Shown in pieces: positions 1 through 8,810 of a stretch of DNA of 64,000 bases (the first letter of the stretch is position 1; each line of letters begins with the position of its first letter). The notes under the pieces are model-generated. The model was not told where the DNA came from, made no database searches, and saw only the letters and a program-made list of their open reading frames with translations. Origin of the DNA: Nitrosopumilus sp. (GTDB taxonomy: Archaea > Thermoproteota > Nitrososphaeria > Nitrososphaerales > Nitrosopumilaceae); contig OZ244732.1 of the NCBI GenBank assembly GCA_965219345.1, forward strand, positions 1,807,225 through 1,871,224. Direction: 5' to 3'. Both the position numbers and the translations under genes were made by a program.

Positions 1-172
1 TCATCATTATCACATATTCTAATTTGCTCGACTAGATCCTCTTGTTCGATCTCATAACAATTTAAGATATCTCGGGAATCTTTGAAAATCAAAAATGCCT
101 TGTTCTTAAATATACAATGATATAGTTTTTCTTTTTCCATTTTCTCAGGTTTTAAATTAACACCATTTTCAT
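1..172 (-). CDS. hypothetical protein, runs off window start
   Basis: Manual translation MKMVFNLKPEKMEKEKLYHCIFKNKAFLIFKD..., open to position 1. Confidence 0.5.
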
Positions 173-266
173 CTGCTGAAACAGGATAAACCACAAAAAC
201 AATGGAACTGTTCAGTATTTAGATTAATACACAATATAGTAATAATCAAAAGAGCTAAGAACAGTA

Positions 267-1361
267 TTGGAAACAAAAGTAGTTTTTCACATAGATTTTG
301 ATTATTTTTATGCTCAATGCGAAGAGATAAGATCCCCTGAACTAAGATCAAAACCAGTATGTGTTTGTGTCTTTTCGGATAGGGGTGGAGACAGTGGTGC
401 TATTGCCACAGCTAACTATACTGCAAGAAAATATGGAGCCAAGTCAGGAATACCCATAATCTTTGCAAAAAAAATACTTGAGGAGAGAAAAGATGCAGTG
501 TTCTTACCAATAGATTTCGACTACTATTTCGAAATATCTGAAAAGGCTATGAAGATAATGGAAGATAATGCAGATGTTTTTGAATATGTAGGAAAAGATG
601 AAGCATATTTGGATGTAACAAAAAAAGTTGAAGCTAATTTTGAAAAAGCAAGTCATCTTGCACAACAAATTAAAAATTCAATTAGAGACAAGACAAAACT
701 TAGCTGTTCTGTAGGGATCTCACCAAACAAGTTAATTTCAAAAATAGCATCAGATTTTCAAAAACCAAATGGTCTTACAATTGTGTCTCCAGATAAAGTT
801 GATGAATTTTTGGAACCATTAAAAATTAGATCAATACCAGGAATTGGAAAAAAGACTGAGAAAAGATTTTCAGAAATGAATCTAGAAACAATTCAAGATT
901 TAAAAAAATTAGATATTTTTACTTTAAACAAAGAATTTGGGAGAAAGAGTGGAACTTACATCTATAATGCAGTCAGAGGGATAGACAATGAACCAGTTAA
1001 GGAAAGAGAAGCTAGAACACAATACAGTAAAATCGTAACTTTGAAAAAAGATTCAAAAGAGTATCAATTTCTATCTGAAAATCTAATAAAATTATGCAAG
1101 GAAGTACATGATGTTGTTATGAAAAATAATATTATGTTCAAATCAATTGGAATACATTTTGTTCAGTCAGATTTATCAAGCAAGTCAAAATCAAGAATGT
1201 TAAGAAATCCAACTTCAAATCTTAAAGAACTAGAAAAAAATGCTGATCAATTACTAAAAGAAGCCCTAGAAAACCAAGCAATCACAATTAGAAGACTAGG
1301 GGTCAAAGTTTCCGAACTTTCAGAAGTTCAAGGGCAAAGCGACATTACAAACTATTTCTAG
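267..1361 (+). CDS. dinB: Y-family DNA polymerase IV (DinB/Dpo4)
   Basis: HIDFDYFYAQCE, ATANYTAR, DEAYLD and KIASDFQKPNG motifs. Confidence 0.95.
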   Translation: METKVVFHIDFDYFYAQCEEIRSPELRSKPVCVCVFSDRGGDSGAIATANYTARKYGAKSGIPIIFAKKILEERKDAVFLPIDFDYYFEISEKAMKIMEDNADVFEYVGKDEAYLDVTKKVEANFEKASHLAQQIKNSIRDKTKLSCSVGISPNKLISKIASDFQKPNGLTIVSPDKVDEFLEPLKIRSIPGIGKKTEKRFSEMNLETIQDLKKLDIFTLNKEFGRKSGTYIYNAVRGIDNEPVKEREARTQYSKIVTLKKDSKEYQFLSENLIKLCKEVHDVVMKNNIMFKSIGIHFVQSDLSSKSKSRMLRNPTSNLKELEKNADQLLKEALENQAITIRRLGVKVSELSEVQGQSDITNYF

Positions 1362-2316
1362 GCGGGGCTTTTCCTGTAGATTCCAACTTCTTTAGACGTC
1401 TAGATTCTATCATTATTACAACTAGGATAAATGCAAAGAGCCACGGCAAAAACATAATTTCGCCTGCAATTTTGTGAAATTCTTCCCATGCCACAGGATC
1501 CGTAGTAACTTTTAGGGCATACCAAGATAACGAAAAAATTCTGATTAAATTTACAATAATTGTGCCAATAATTCCTAAAACAAAATACACAGCTTTTCTG
1601 TTTCTAGGAATATTCATCTTTAACATGAATGCACCAATTACCAAAGAGAAGATGATAATGCTGTGAACTCCTGCAGATGGCCAAAATACTTGAAGTGCCA
1701 TTGAACCATGTTCACCTCGTAAGAACATCACGTTATCTCTAGCTACTGCAGTTCCAAGATCAAGTATGGTAATTAACCATACATTTGCCTGTACAAAATA
1801 AGGAACAACGTATTGTAATGGACCAAGAGTGTCATATGGGAAAAATGCATCAAGTGAAAGAATTATTGCAGTTCCAGATAGAAAGATGGGTCCTGCAGGA
1901 GCAATTCTAATCCACCGCTTCCCAAAGAAGATATGCAATGCAACAATGGCAAAAATTGCCATCACAACAAAGTCCCACATCCACATCCATGAATAAATTA
2001 ATTGTACATCAAATTGTTCTGCAGATTCTATAATGTAATCTCTTAACCCATATTCTAATGAAATTAGATACAAGATAGTAACGAGTGCCATAGGAATTAC
2101 TGCAAACAGTCGTTTTTTTGAAATGACAATTTTAAGACCAATGAGCTCAGCCACTAGAAAAACAACTGCAAAAAGATAACCTCCTCTTCCTTCATTCCAA
2201 CTAAAAGATATAGAATCTGGAAATGCAATCATTGCAAAAAGAATTGGACTGGAAATAATCAAAATTCCAAATATAAGATTCCAATTCCACATCATGTTTA
2301 ACCTAAAAAATGGCAA
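1345..2316 (-). CDS. artG: thaumarchaeosortase (exosortase/archaeosortase family)
   Basis: Multi-TM protein; VFWPSAGVHS (Ser at the catalytic Cys position), VNLIRI, FH motifs. Confidence 0.85.
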   Translation of the reverse strand: MPFFRLNMMWNWNLIFGILIISSPILFAMIAFPDSISFSWNEGRGGYLFAVVFLVAELIGLKIVISKKRLFAVIPMALVTILYLISLEYGLRDYIIESAEQFDVQLIYSWMWMWDFVVMAIFAIVALHIFFGKRWIRIAPAGPIFLSGTAIILSLDAFFPYDTLGPLQYVVPYFVQANVWLITILDLGTAVARDNVMFLRGEHGSMALQVFWPSAGVHSIIIFSLVIGAFMLKMNIPRNRKAVYFVLGIIGTIIVNLIRIFSLSWYALKVTTDPVAWEEFHKIAGEIMFLPWLFAFILVVIMIESRRLKKLESTGKAPPRNSL

Positions 2317-2539
2317 ATAAATATCTCAACTTTACAAGGTCTAAAAATTCTTTAGTTCATCATAGAAATTGAGAAAAAGATGTTAATCCTCTATATCTTC
2401 TATTTCATCAGCTTCTGGATCTCGTTTATGAGGTCTAATTGGAACATAAATGAATGTCACAATAATTATTCAAACGACTCAGAGATACATTCCAAGGTTA
2501 CAAAAATTTGTCTAATTAGTAATTTCTAATACATCAAGG

Positions 2540-3019
2540 TCAATGATTGAGATTACATTCAACTTTAAGGGATTTGACAGTTGTAAAATACGTAACAGTC
2601 AGAATTACAATAGCTATTATTCTAATTGGGATCTCATAATTGGTTAGAAACGCAGTAGCAGTAGCCCCAACAGAACCAAATGTGGAGATTACTGCAAACC
2701 CAACGGGTCCACAGCTGCATACACCGGAAGCAGCACCAATAATTGAACCAAAAATTCCACCTCCCATTTTTTGTTTTGAACTTTTGAGGATATTTATCCT
2801 AAAAATGTTCATTGGGATAACCAATGCAGATGACGCCGAAAGTATTACAATTAGGATAAAGCCAAATTCACTTCCAGAAGGAAGATGAGCAACAACATAA
2901 GGTTCTAAGAAAATATATTCGGATAATATCAATAAACCAACTAACATCGATACAAAAATTACAGATGATAAGAGAACATATTTGGAATTAGAGTATACGA
3001 GTTTAGTTGTTTGTACCAT
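2540..3019 (-). CDS. membrane protein with CxC motif, next to DsbA
   Basis: 4 hydrophobic segments, GVCSCGP. Confidence 0.65.
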   Translation of the reverse strand: MVQTTKLVYSNSKYVLLSSVIFVSMLVGLLILSEYIFLEPYVVAHLPSGSEFGFILIVILSASSALVIPMNIFRINILKSSKQKMGGGIFGSIIGAASGVCSCGPVGFAVISTFGSVGATATAFLTNYEIPIRIIAIVILTVTYFTTVKSLKVECNLNH

Positions 3020-3679
3020 TTAGATCATAGGATCCAATATTTGTTTAAAGACAGAGAAGGGTTGTGCTCCGCCAATTTGTTGTTGTCCATTAGGGCCAAC
3101 AATGAAGAATCCAGGAGTTCCTTTTACACCATTTTCTCTTGCTTGTTGTATGTTATACTGTACACGTTTAGAATATTTTCCAGAATCAAGACAACTTTCA
3201 AACAGTTCCATATCAAGTTCTAAGCTATCTGCAAAAGCTTTGAGTCTTTCAGAATTTGCCCATCCATTATCTACATGTTCTTGAAAATTGTATAGGACGT
3301 CGTGGTATTCCCAATACATTCCTTGGTCTTCAGCACAATATGATGCTTGAGCTGCCCTCGGAGAATCTTTTCCCAAGAATGCCAAATCAACAAATACTAG
3401 ATTTGCTTTTCCAGTATCAATATAATCTAGGACTATTGCGGATTTTGTATTATGAAACCATGCATAACATTGTTCACATTGATAATCACCAAATTCAACA
3501 ATAGTAATTGTGGCAGATGGATCACCTAAAATTGGCGAGCCCATAGCCGTAGAAATAGTACCATGGGTTCGGCCCATATCAAGATTTACAGTTTCAGATG
3601 AAGGTAATGAGTATGATGCAGCTATTCCAACAACAATTGCTGCAACAATGACGCCTATAATTACACCATTCTTATTCAT
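3020..3679 (-). CDS. DsbA-family thioredoxin-fold oxidoreductase
   Basis: N-terminal anchor, EFGDYQCEQC, GVKGTPGF. Confidence 0.9.
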   Translation of the reverse strand: MNKNGVIIGVIVAAIVVGIAASYSLPSSETVNLDMGRTHGTISTAMGSPILGDPSATITIVEFGDYQCEQCYAWFHNTKSAIVLDYIDTGKANLVFVDLAFLGKDSPRAAQASYCAEDQGMYWEYHDVLYNFQEHVDNGWANSERLKAFADSLELDMELFESCLDSGKYSKRVQYNIQQARENGVKGTPGFFIVGPNGQQQIGGAQPFSVFKQILDPMI

Positions 3680-3710
3680 AATCTAAAACAGTAAAAATGG
3701 CTAAAAAAAC

Positions 3711-3908
3711 TTATTCCAAATTTCTGGACGATTTTCGTTTAAAAATATTTACAAATTTTGAGATAACAGTATCAATTGGACACACCTCGCAAGCAACATT
3801 TGATGAATGTCGGTCAAAATGCTTTTCAAATTTTTCTCGTGATTCAAAAATTAAATCACATCTAGTACAATAAACCTTGGTTACATTATGTTTTGATGCT
3901 CTTTTCAT
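3711..3908 (-). CDS. small C2H2 zinc-finger protein
   Basis: CTRC...HFDRH plus CEVC. Confidence 0.7.
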   Translation of the reverse strand: MKRASKHNVTKVYCTRCDLIFESREKFEKHFDRHSSNVACEVCPIDTVISKFVNIFKRKSSRNLE

Positions 3909-3995
3909 AATTAACTTCTGCGATTAGTGCTTATAAAGATCCTGTATAGTTATAGAAATATCAAAAATTAAAAGAAACACAATTTTTAAACAGAT

Positions 3996-4364
3996 TTAAA
4001 GATAATGTATTCGCATGTGGACATTAAGTTCAACTTCATATCTTGTTACAAATCCACAATGTGTACATGAAAACATATCAGATTGAGGTGCGGTATCTCT
4101 CTCTATGGTTTTACCAGAGATTGATTTAATACTTATAATTTCATTATTGGCGATTACAGCAAAATTGTTACCTTCTCCAATTGAATCTAAAAATTCTTTA
4201 ATTGAAGTGATAACTGTATTAGTATCAATAACTTCATCATCGTCTAAAGTAGATAGAGTAAATTGATGATGCTTTAGAGTTGGAATAGCGGCAGCTTGAT
4301 CCGAAACATAAACAAGTAATTCATTTTTTATTGATAAAACATCCTTGCAATCAATTGTAAGCAT
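3996..4364 (-). CDS. protein with C-terminal C2H2 zinc finger
   Basis: CTHCGF...HMRIH. Confidence 0.75.
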   Translation of the reverse strand: MLTIDCKDVLSIKNELLVYVSDQAAAIPTLKHHQFTLSTLDDDEVIDTNTVITSIKEFLDSIGEGNNFAVIANNEIISIKSISGKTIERDTAPQSDMFSCTHCGFVTRYEVELNVHMRIHYL

Positions 4365-4436
4365 GAAATTTCAGGGTCAAATCAGTATTTTAGTTTAACA
4401 ATGATTATTATGGTTTGACATAGTAAAATTTACTAG

Positions 4437-4823
4437 ATGGCAATTTCAGAAACATTTGGAATTGAGAAAGGTCAGGGGGAAGAAGTCATTACATGGCTAA
4501 ATGGGCAAGCAAAATCTCAAGGTACAAAACTGGAAGCAAGACTATATGGTTATGATATTTCCACTAAAAATTTTGGAGATTTTGAAATGTTTTCATGGAT
4601 AGGAGATGTGCAAATTGCAAGAAAGTTGATCATCAAAGCAAGTAAACGATTCAGGATAAAAATTATTGAAGGAGGATACAAACCAAAAGAAAAAGTGTTT
4701 AGAATGAGGAAATTTGATTATGCAAAAGTCAAAAGAGGGGATAAAACAATAGGGCAGTTAGAATTCGTAGTATCAAGACTAGGAAATAATCAATGGGAAG
4801 TTCAAAATGAAGAACGCCATTAA
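4437..4823 (+). CDS. hypothetical protein
   Basis: 128-aa ORF with host-like composition, in operon context. Confidence 0.7.
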   Translation: MAISETFGIEKGQGEEVITWLNGQAKSQGTKLEARLYGYDISTKNFGDFEMFSWIGDVQIARKLIIKASKRFRIKIIEGGYKPKEKVFRMRKFDYAKVKRGDKTIGQLEFVVSRLGNNQWEVQNEERH

Positions 4824-4835
4824 ACTTACAATTGT

Positions 4836-5729
4836 ATGGAACAAGAAAAGATGAAAAAAATAGGAATTATTGGACTTGGAATATTAGGAAATGCAGTTGC
4901 CTTACATTTACTTAATTCAGGTTTTGAAGTGACAGTTTACAATAGAACAGAAGAAAAAACAATACAAGTAAGAGAAAAAGGAGCAAAAGTTGTAACATCA
5001 CCAAAAGAGGTTGCAAAGAATTCAGAATTAATCATTATAGTAGTAAAAGATGCAACAGCAGTGAAAGAAATTTCATTTGGAAAAGACGGAATCATAGAAG
5101 GAAAATATGAGAAATTAATTGTTGCAGATATGAGTACTATCGATCCATCAGAATCTAAAAATATTTCAAAAAAATTTCATGAACATAATATCAATAAATT
5201 AGATATTCCTGTAATGGGTGGGCCAAATGTTGCCATCACAGGAAATTTGGTCATGATGGTATCAGGAAACAAAGAAAGTTTTGATTATTGTAAAAATGTC
5301 TTTGAAAAAATTGCAAACAAAGTATTTTTTCTAGGAGAAAGTGGTGTAGCCCACTCTATTAAACTAGCCATGAATCTACAAATAACTATGCTTGCACTAG
5401 CGTTATCTGAAGGAATTACTCTTGTCAAAAAGGCAGATGTAGATCCAAAAATTTTTCTTGAAGTTTTAAACTCCACATATTTCAAAACTGGAATGAGTGA
5501 AAAAAAGGCATTCAAGATGATTGATGGGAACTATGAAACTACATTCACACTTAGTAATCTAAAAAAAGACATTAACACAATAACAAGTGCTGCAAAATCA
5601 TTAGGAATTGAACTTCCAATGGTCAAAAAAGCAGAACAAGTGTATGAAAAGGCCGTAAAAGAGGGATTTGGGAAAATAGACTATACAGGAATTATCGAAT
5701 ACATCAAAAAAATTAATGATCTCAAATAA
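4836..5729 (+). CDS. NAD(P)-dependent 3-hydroxyisobutyrate/6-phosphogluconate dehydrogenase family
   Basis: IGIIGLGILG, VYNRT, DIPVMGG, IKLAMN. Confidence 0.9.
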   Translation: MEQEKMKKIGIIGLGILGNAVALHLLNSGFEVTVYNRTEEKTIQVREKGAKVVTSPKEVAKNSELIIIVVKDATAVKEISFGKDGIIEGKYEKLIVADMSTIDPSESKNISKKFHEHNINKLDIPVMGGPNVAITGNLVMMVSGNKESFDYCKNVFEKIANKVFFLGESGVAHSIKLAMNLQITMLALALSEGITLVKKADVDPKIFLEVLNSTYFKTGMSEKKAFKMIDGNYETTFTLSNLKKDINTITSAAKSLGIELPMVKKAEQVYEKAVKEGFGKIDYTGIIEYIKKINDLK

Positions 5730-5790
5730 AATCAAAATTACGAATGGATCTAAACAAAAATTCTATAAGTTATGACAATAACACAATTTT

Positions 5791-6552
5791 ATGCGATTAA
5801 AGGATAAAGTTGTAATTGTCACAGGAGCATCAAGTGATATAGGCAAAGGAATTGTAAAGAGGTTTGTAGAAGAAGGTGCCAAAGTTGTTCTAGTTGCAAG
5901 AAATCTAGAAGGATTAGAAAAAACTAGAAAAGAAGTAGGAAATGATGAGCCTACTACATCAATTACCTGTGATTTGAAGGATGAATTACAAGTGTTACAA
6001 GCTGTAAATCAAATTATGGATACATATGGCAAAATTGATATTTTGGTGAACAGTGCAGGAGCAATTAATGATCCGGTACATTTTCACGATATGAGGGATT
6101 CAGAAATTAAAAAACTCATTGACATAAACTTGTTAGGTGTATTTCACATGACAAAGGCAGTGCTTTCAAAAATGTCAGATGTCAAAAGTGGGTCAATTGT
6201 AAACATTGGTTCCATTTCAAGTGAAAGGGCAATTCCAAGAGTTCATTTGGCTGTATATTCTGCCACTAAGGCGGCAATTTCGATGTTTACAAAATCAATT
6301 GCTATAGAATATGCAAGAAGACATATCAGATGCAATTGTGTTAATCCAGGGATTATCAATTCAGGAATGATAAAGCCATATCTTGATGATCCTCAAGCAA
6401 GAAAAGTTCTAGAGGAAAGATTACCACTCGCCAGAATAGGAGAACCAGTAGATGTTGCAAATGCAGCACTCTATTTAGCTTCAGATGAGGCAAGTTGGGT
6501 TACAGGAATTATTCTGAATGTTGATGGCGGTAAAACAGCTTCAGAAGGATAA
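5791..6552 (+). CDS. short-chain dehydrogenase/reductase
   Basis: [23 protein letters not shown]. Confidence 0.92.
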   Translation: MRLKDKVVIVTGASSDIGKGIVKRFVEEGAKVVLVARNLEGLEKTRKEVGNDEPTTSITCDLKDELQVLQAVNQIMDTYGKIDILVNSAGAINDPVHFHDMRDSEIKKLIDINLLGVFHMTKAVLSKMSDVKSGSIVNIGSISSERAIPRVHLAVYSATKAAISMFTKSIAIEYARRHIRCNCVNPGIINSGMIKPYLDDPQARKVLEERLPLARIGEPVDVANAALYLASDEASWVTGIILNVDGGKTASEG

Positions 6553-7122
6553 TCATTTCTGAAGTAATGTTTTTGCAAGTAATTGTGATACTCGTATAGG
6601 TTCTGGAACAGAACCATGTAATGTTAATTTATTCAGAAGATGTTTTACATCTACTAAAGTACAACCCTCTTTTCTAACAAAAACATCATAAGAAGTGTTT
6701 AAAGAAATTTTTTCGCGTTTATCTAATTTTTGGTATGCAGAAATTTTTGATTCAAACGAATTTGGAAAATGATTCTTGATAGCATCTTCAATCCCTTCAG
6801 ATGCATTGTATGATATTCCAATTATCGGAATTCTTAGAGAATCGTATAATTTTTTAATGTTTATGATATTATACATAGATACTATCAAACCAGAAATCAA
6901 AACATAACTAATATCAGGTCTTTGAAGTTCATCATACATCTCCAATATTGTGTCAGTGGCATCATCCCCTTCTAAGGTAGCACTTCCAAAGACAAACCCA
7001 TCGATCACAAAATCTCGTCGCATTACAATTCCAGCAAAGATAGATTTTGAAGAATTTTGTTTGAAGCTTTCAGCAATTGCGAGTCCACGTAACCCCTTTT
7101 TCTCAAGATGAAGAGATCTCAT
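6553..7122 (-). CDS. DUF99 family (endonuclease V-like) protein
   Basis: GIVMRRDFVIDG, GDDAT, VPEPIRV. Confidence 0.8.
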   Translation of the reverse strand: MRSLHLEKKGLRGLAIAESFKQNSSKSIFAGIVMRRDFVIDGFVFGSATLEGDDATDTILEMYDELQRPDISYVLISGLIVSMYNIINIKKLYDSLRIPIIGISYNASEGIEDAIKNHFPNSFESKISAYQKLDKREKISLNTSYDVFVRKEGCTLVDVKHLLNKLTLHGSVPEPIRVSQLLAKTLLQK

Positions 7123-7334
7123 GATTCTTTCTCCTCAGATATACACGATAACTTAGTCCAGTAACTATCATAATAATTCCAGTTACCACTGACCACATTA
7201 CAAGAGATGAGATTGCAGATTCATCCACAATGAATTATGAATTCCTAAACATCTAAAGTTTCGGTTAACTAGGAATAAATAATTTTCATGACAAAATCTG
7301 AAACATCTAAATAGATTTAATACGGACTGAATTC

Positions 7335-7544
7335 ATGCCTGAATTCATATGTCCTGATTGTGGAAAACGACTATTTCATGAAAATGAAACTACATTAGAC
7401 ATAGAAAAAACAGTTCATTCAAAATTCTGTAGAAAGGAAGAGGGGGAAACTCACAGTTTTATGCACAGAGACCCTGCACATATGCAAACTTTTGATTCAG
7501 AAAGAAAAAATGATACAGCAGGCGCTGCTATTTTGAAAAAATAG
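7335..7544 (+). CDS. small zinc-binding protein
   Basis: CPDCG...HSKFC. Confidence 0.6.
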   Translation: MPEFICPDCGKRLFHENETTLDIEKTVHSKFCRKEEGETHSFMHRDPAHMQTFDSERKNDTAGAAILKK

Positions 7545-7595
7545 TTCCTACAACACACCTCAAAATTATATTCTAGGTAGGATGATTCAAGTTAA

Positions 7596-8810
7596 TTGTC
7601 GGAAGAATGTCATTATGATTTAGTAGTTGTAGGCGGGGGTCCAGCAGGATCATCTGCAGCGATGGTAGCGGCAAAAAATGGAATCAAAGTTGCATTGCTT
7701 GAAAAAGAAAGTTCTATTGCAGAGACAGTTAGAACTAGTGGAGTAACATGGATTCAAAGTATCAAAGAATTTGGAATTCCAGAGGATTGTTTTAATCCAA
7801 TTAGAAATTTTTCATTTTGTTCACCAAATAATGAAATTACTATCAATGACTCAGTCCCCAGAGCGGCAGTTTTAGATGTAAGAAAAACATACAGATGGTT
7901 AGCACATGAAGCAGAAAAAGCTGGTGCAGATATTTTTCTTAAAATTAATGTCAATCAGGTAATAAAAAATGACAAAGGAGACATCGTAGGGGTAAGTGGA
8001 GTTGGACCCAATGGAAAAATAACATTTCATTCCAAAGTAGTAATTGACGCAAGTGGATTTCCTTCAACAGTTTGTAAAGCAATGGGTTTTGTAACTCAAT
8101 GGGAAAGATTTGGTGCAGGAGCTGAATATGAAGCAAAAGTGGGGAATGTAGATTCTGAAACATGGTGGTTAATGGTAGGAAAACAATATTCGCCAGCAGG
8201 ATATGCGTGGATTTTTCCTTTAGGAAACAATATTGTAAGAATTGGAGTAGGCATAGGTAAACCAGAATCAAATGTTGACCCAACACAAAGACTAGAAGAA
8301 CTAATGAAAAAACAACTGGGTCCGATTAAAAAACTAGGAAAAATAACACCATTAGAATTTCATTATGGACTAATCCCAAATGACGGATTATCAAGAAAAA
8401 CAGTCTTTAACAATTTGATACTTGTTGGAGATTCAGCTGGACAGGCAAATCCTCTTGTTTTAGAAGGAATTAGATACGCAATAAAATTTGGGAGAGTAGC
8501 AGGAAAGGTATCATCAGACGCCATTAAATCTGGAAAGACAGATGAGACTGTACTTTATTCATACGAAAAAAATTGGAGAAATGAGATTGAGTCAAAAATC
8601 AAATCTGCAGGAAAAGTCCAGGACAGATGGATTGGTCTATCAGATGAGGAATGGGACAAAGAATTAGATATTATCAAAGAATTAAAAGCTGAAGAATTTC
8701 TTGATTTCATAAAAGCTGATTTTGGGTTATCTAATATGGTTAAATTAGCAACACATCATCCAAAACTTGCTGTAAGACAACTCTTCAATTTAGTTAAAGG
8801 AAAAAACTAA
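7596..8810 (+). CDS. geranylgeranyl reductase family FAD oxidoreductase
   Basis: VVGGGPAGS, GYAWIFP, VGDSAG...EGI. Confidence 0.9.
   Translation: MSEECHYDLVVVGGGPAGSSAAMVAAKNGIKVALLEKESSIAETVRTSGVTWIQSIKEFGIPEDCFNPIRNFSFCSPNNEITINDSVPRAAVLDVRKTYRWLAHEAEKAGADIFLKINVNQVIKNDKGDIVGVSGVGPNGKITFHSKVVIDASGFPSTVCKAMGFVTQWERFGAGAEYEAKVGNVDSETWWLMVGKQYSPAGYAWIFPLGNNIVRIGVGIGKPESNVDPTQRLEELMKKQLGPIKKLGKITPLEFHYGLIPNDGLSRKTVFNNLILVGDSAGQANPLVLEGIRYAIKFGRVAGKVSSDAIKSGKTDETVLYSYEKNWRNEIESKIKSAGKVQDRWIGLSDEEWDKELDIIKELKAEEFLDFIKADFGLSNMVKLATHHPKLAVRQLFNLVKGKN

Noticed and set aside
1660-1695. Ser instead of the catalytic Cys in the archaeosortase (WPSAG)
   Set aside because: This is a known defining feature of the thaumarchaeosortase subfamily, not a novelty.
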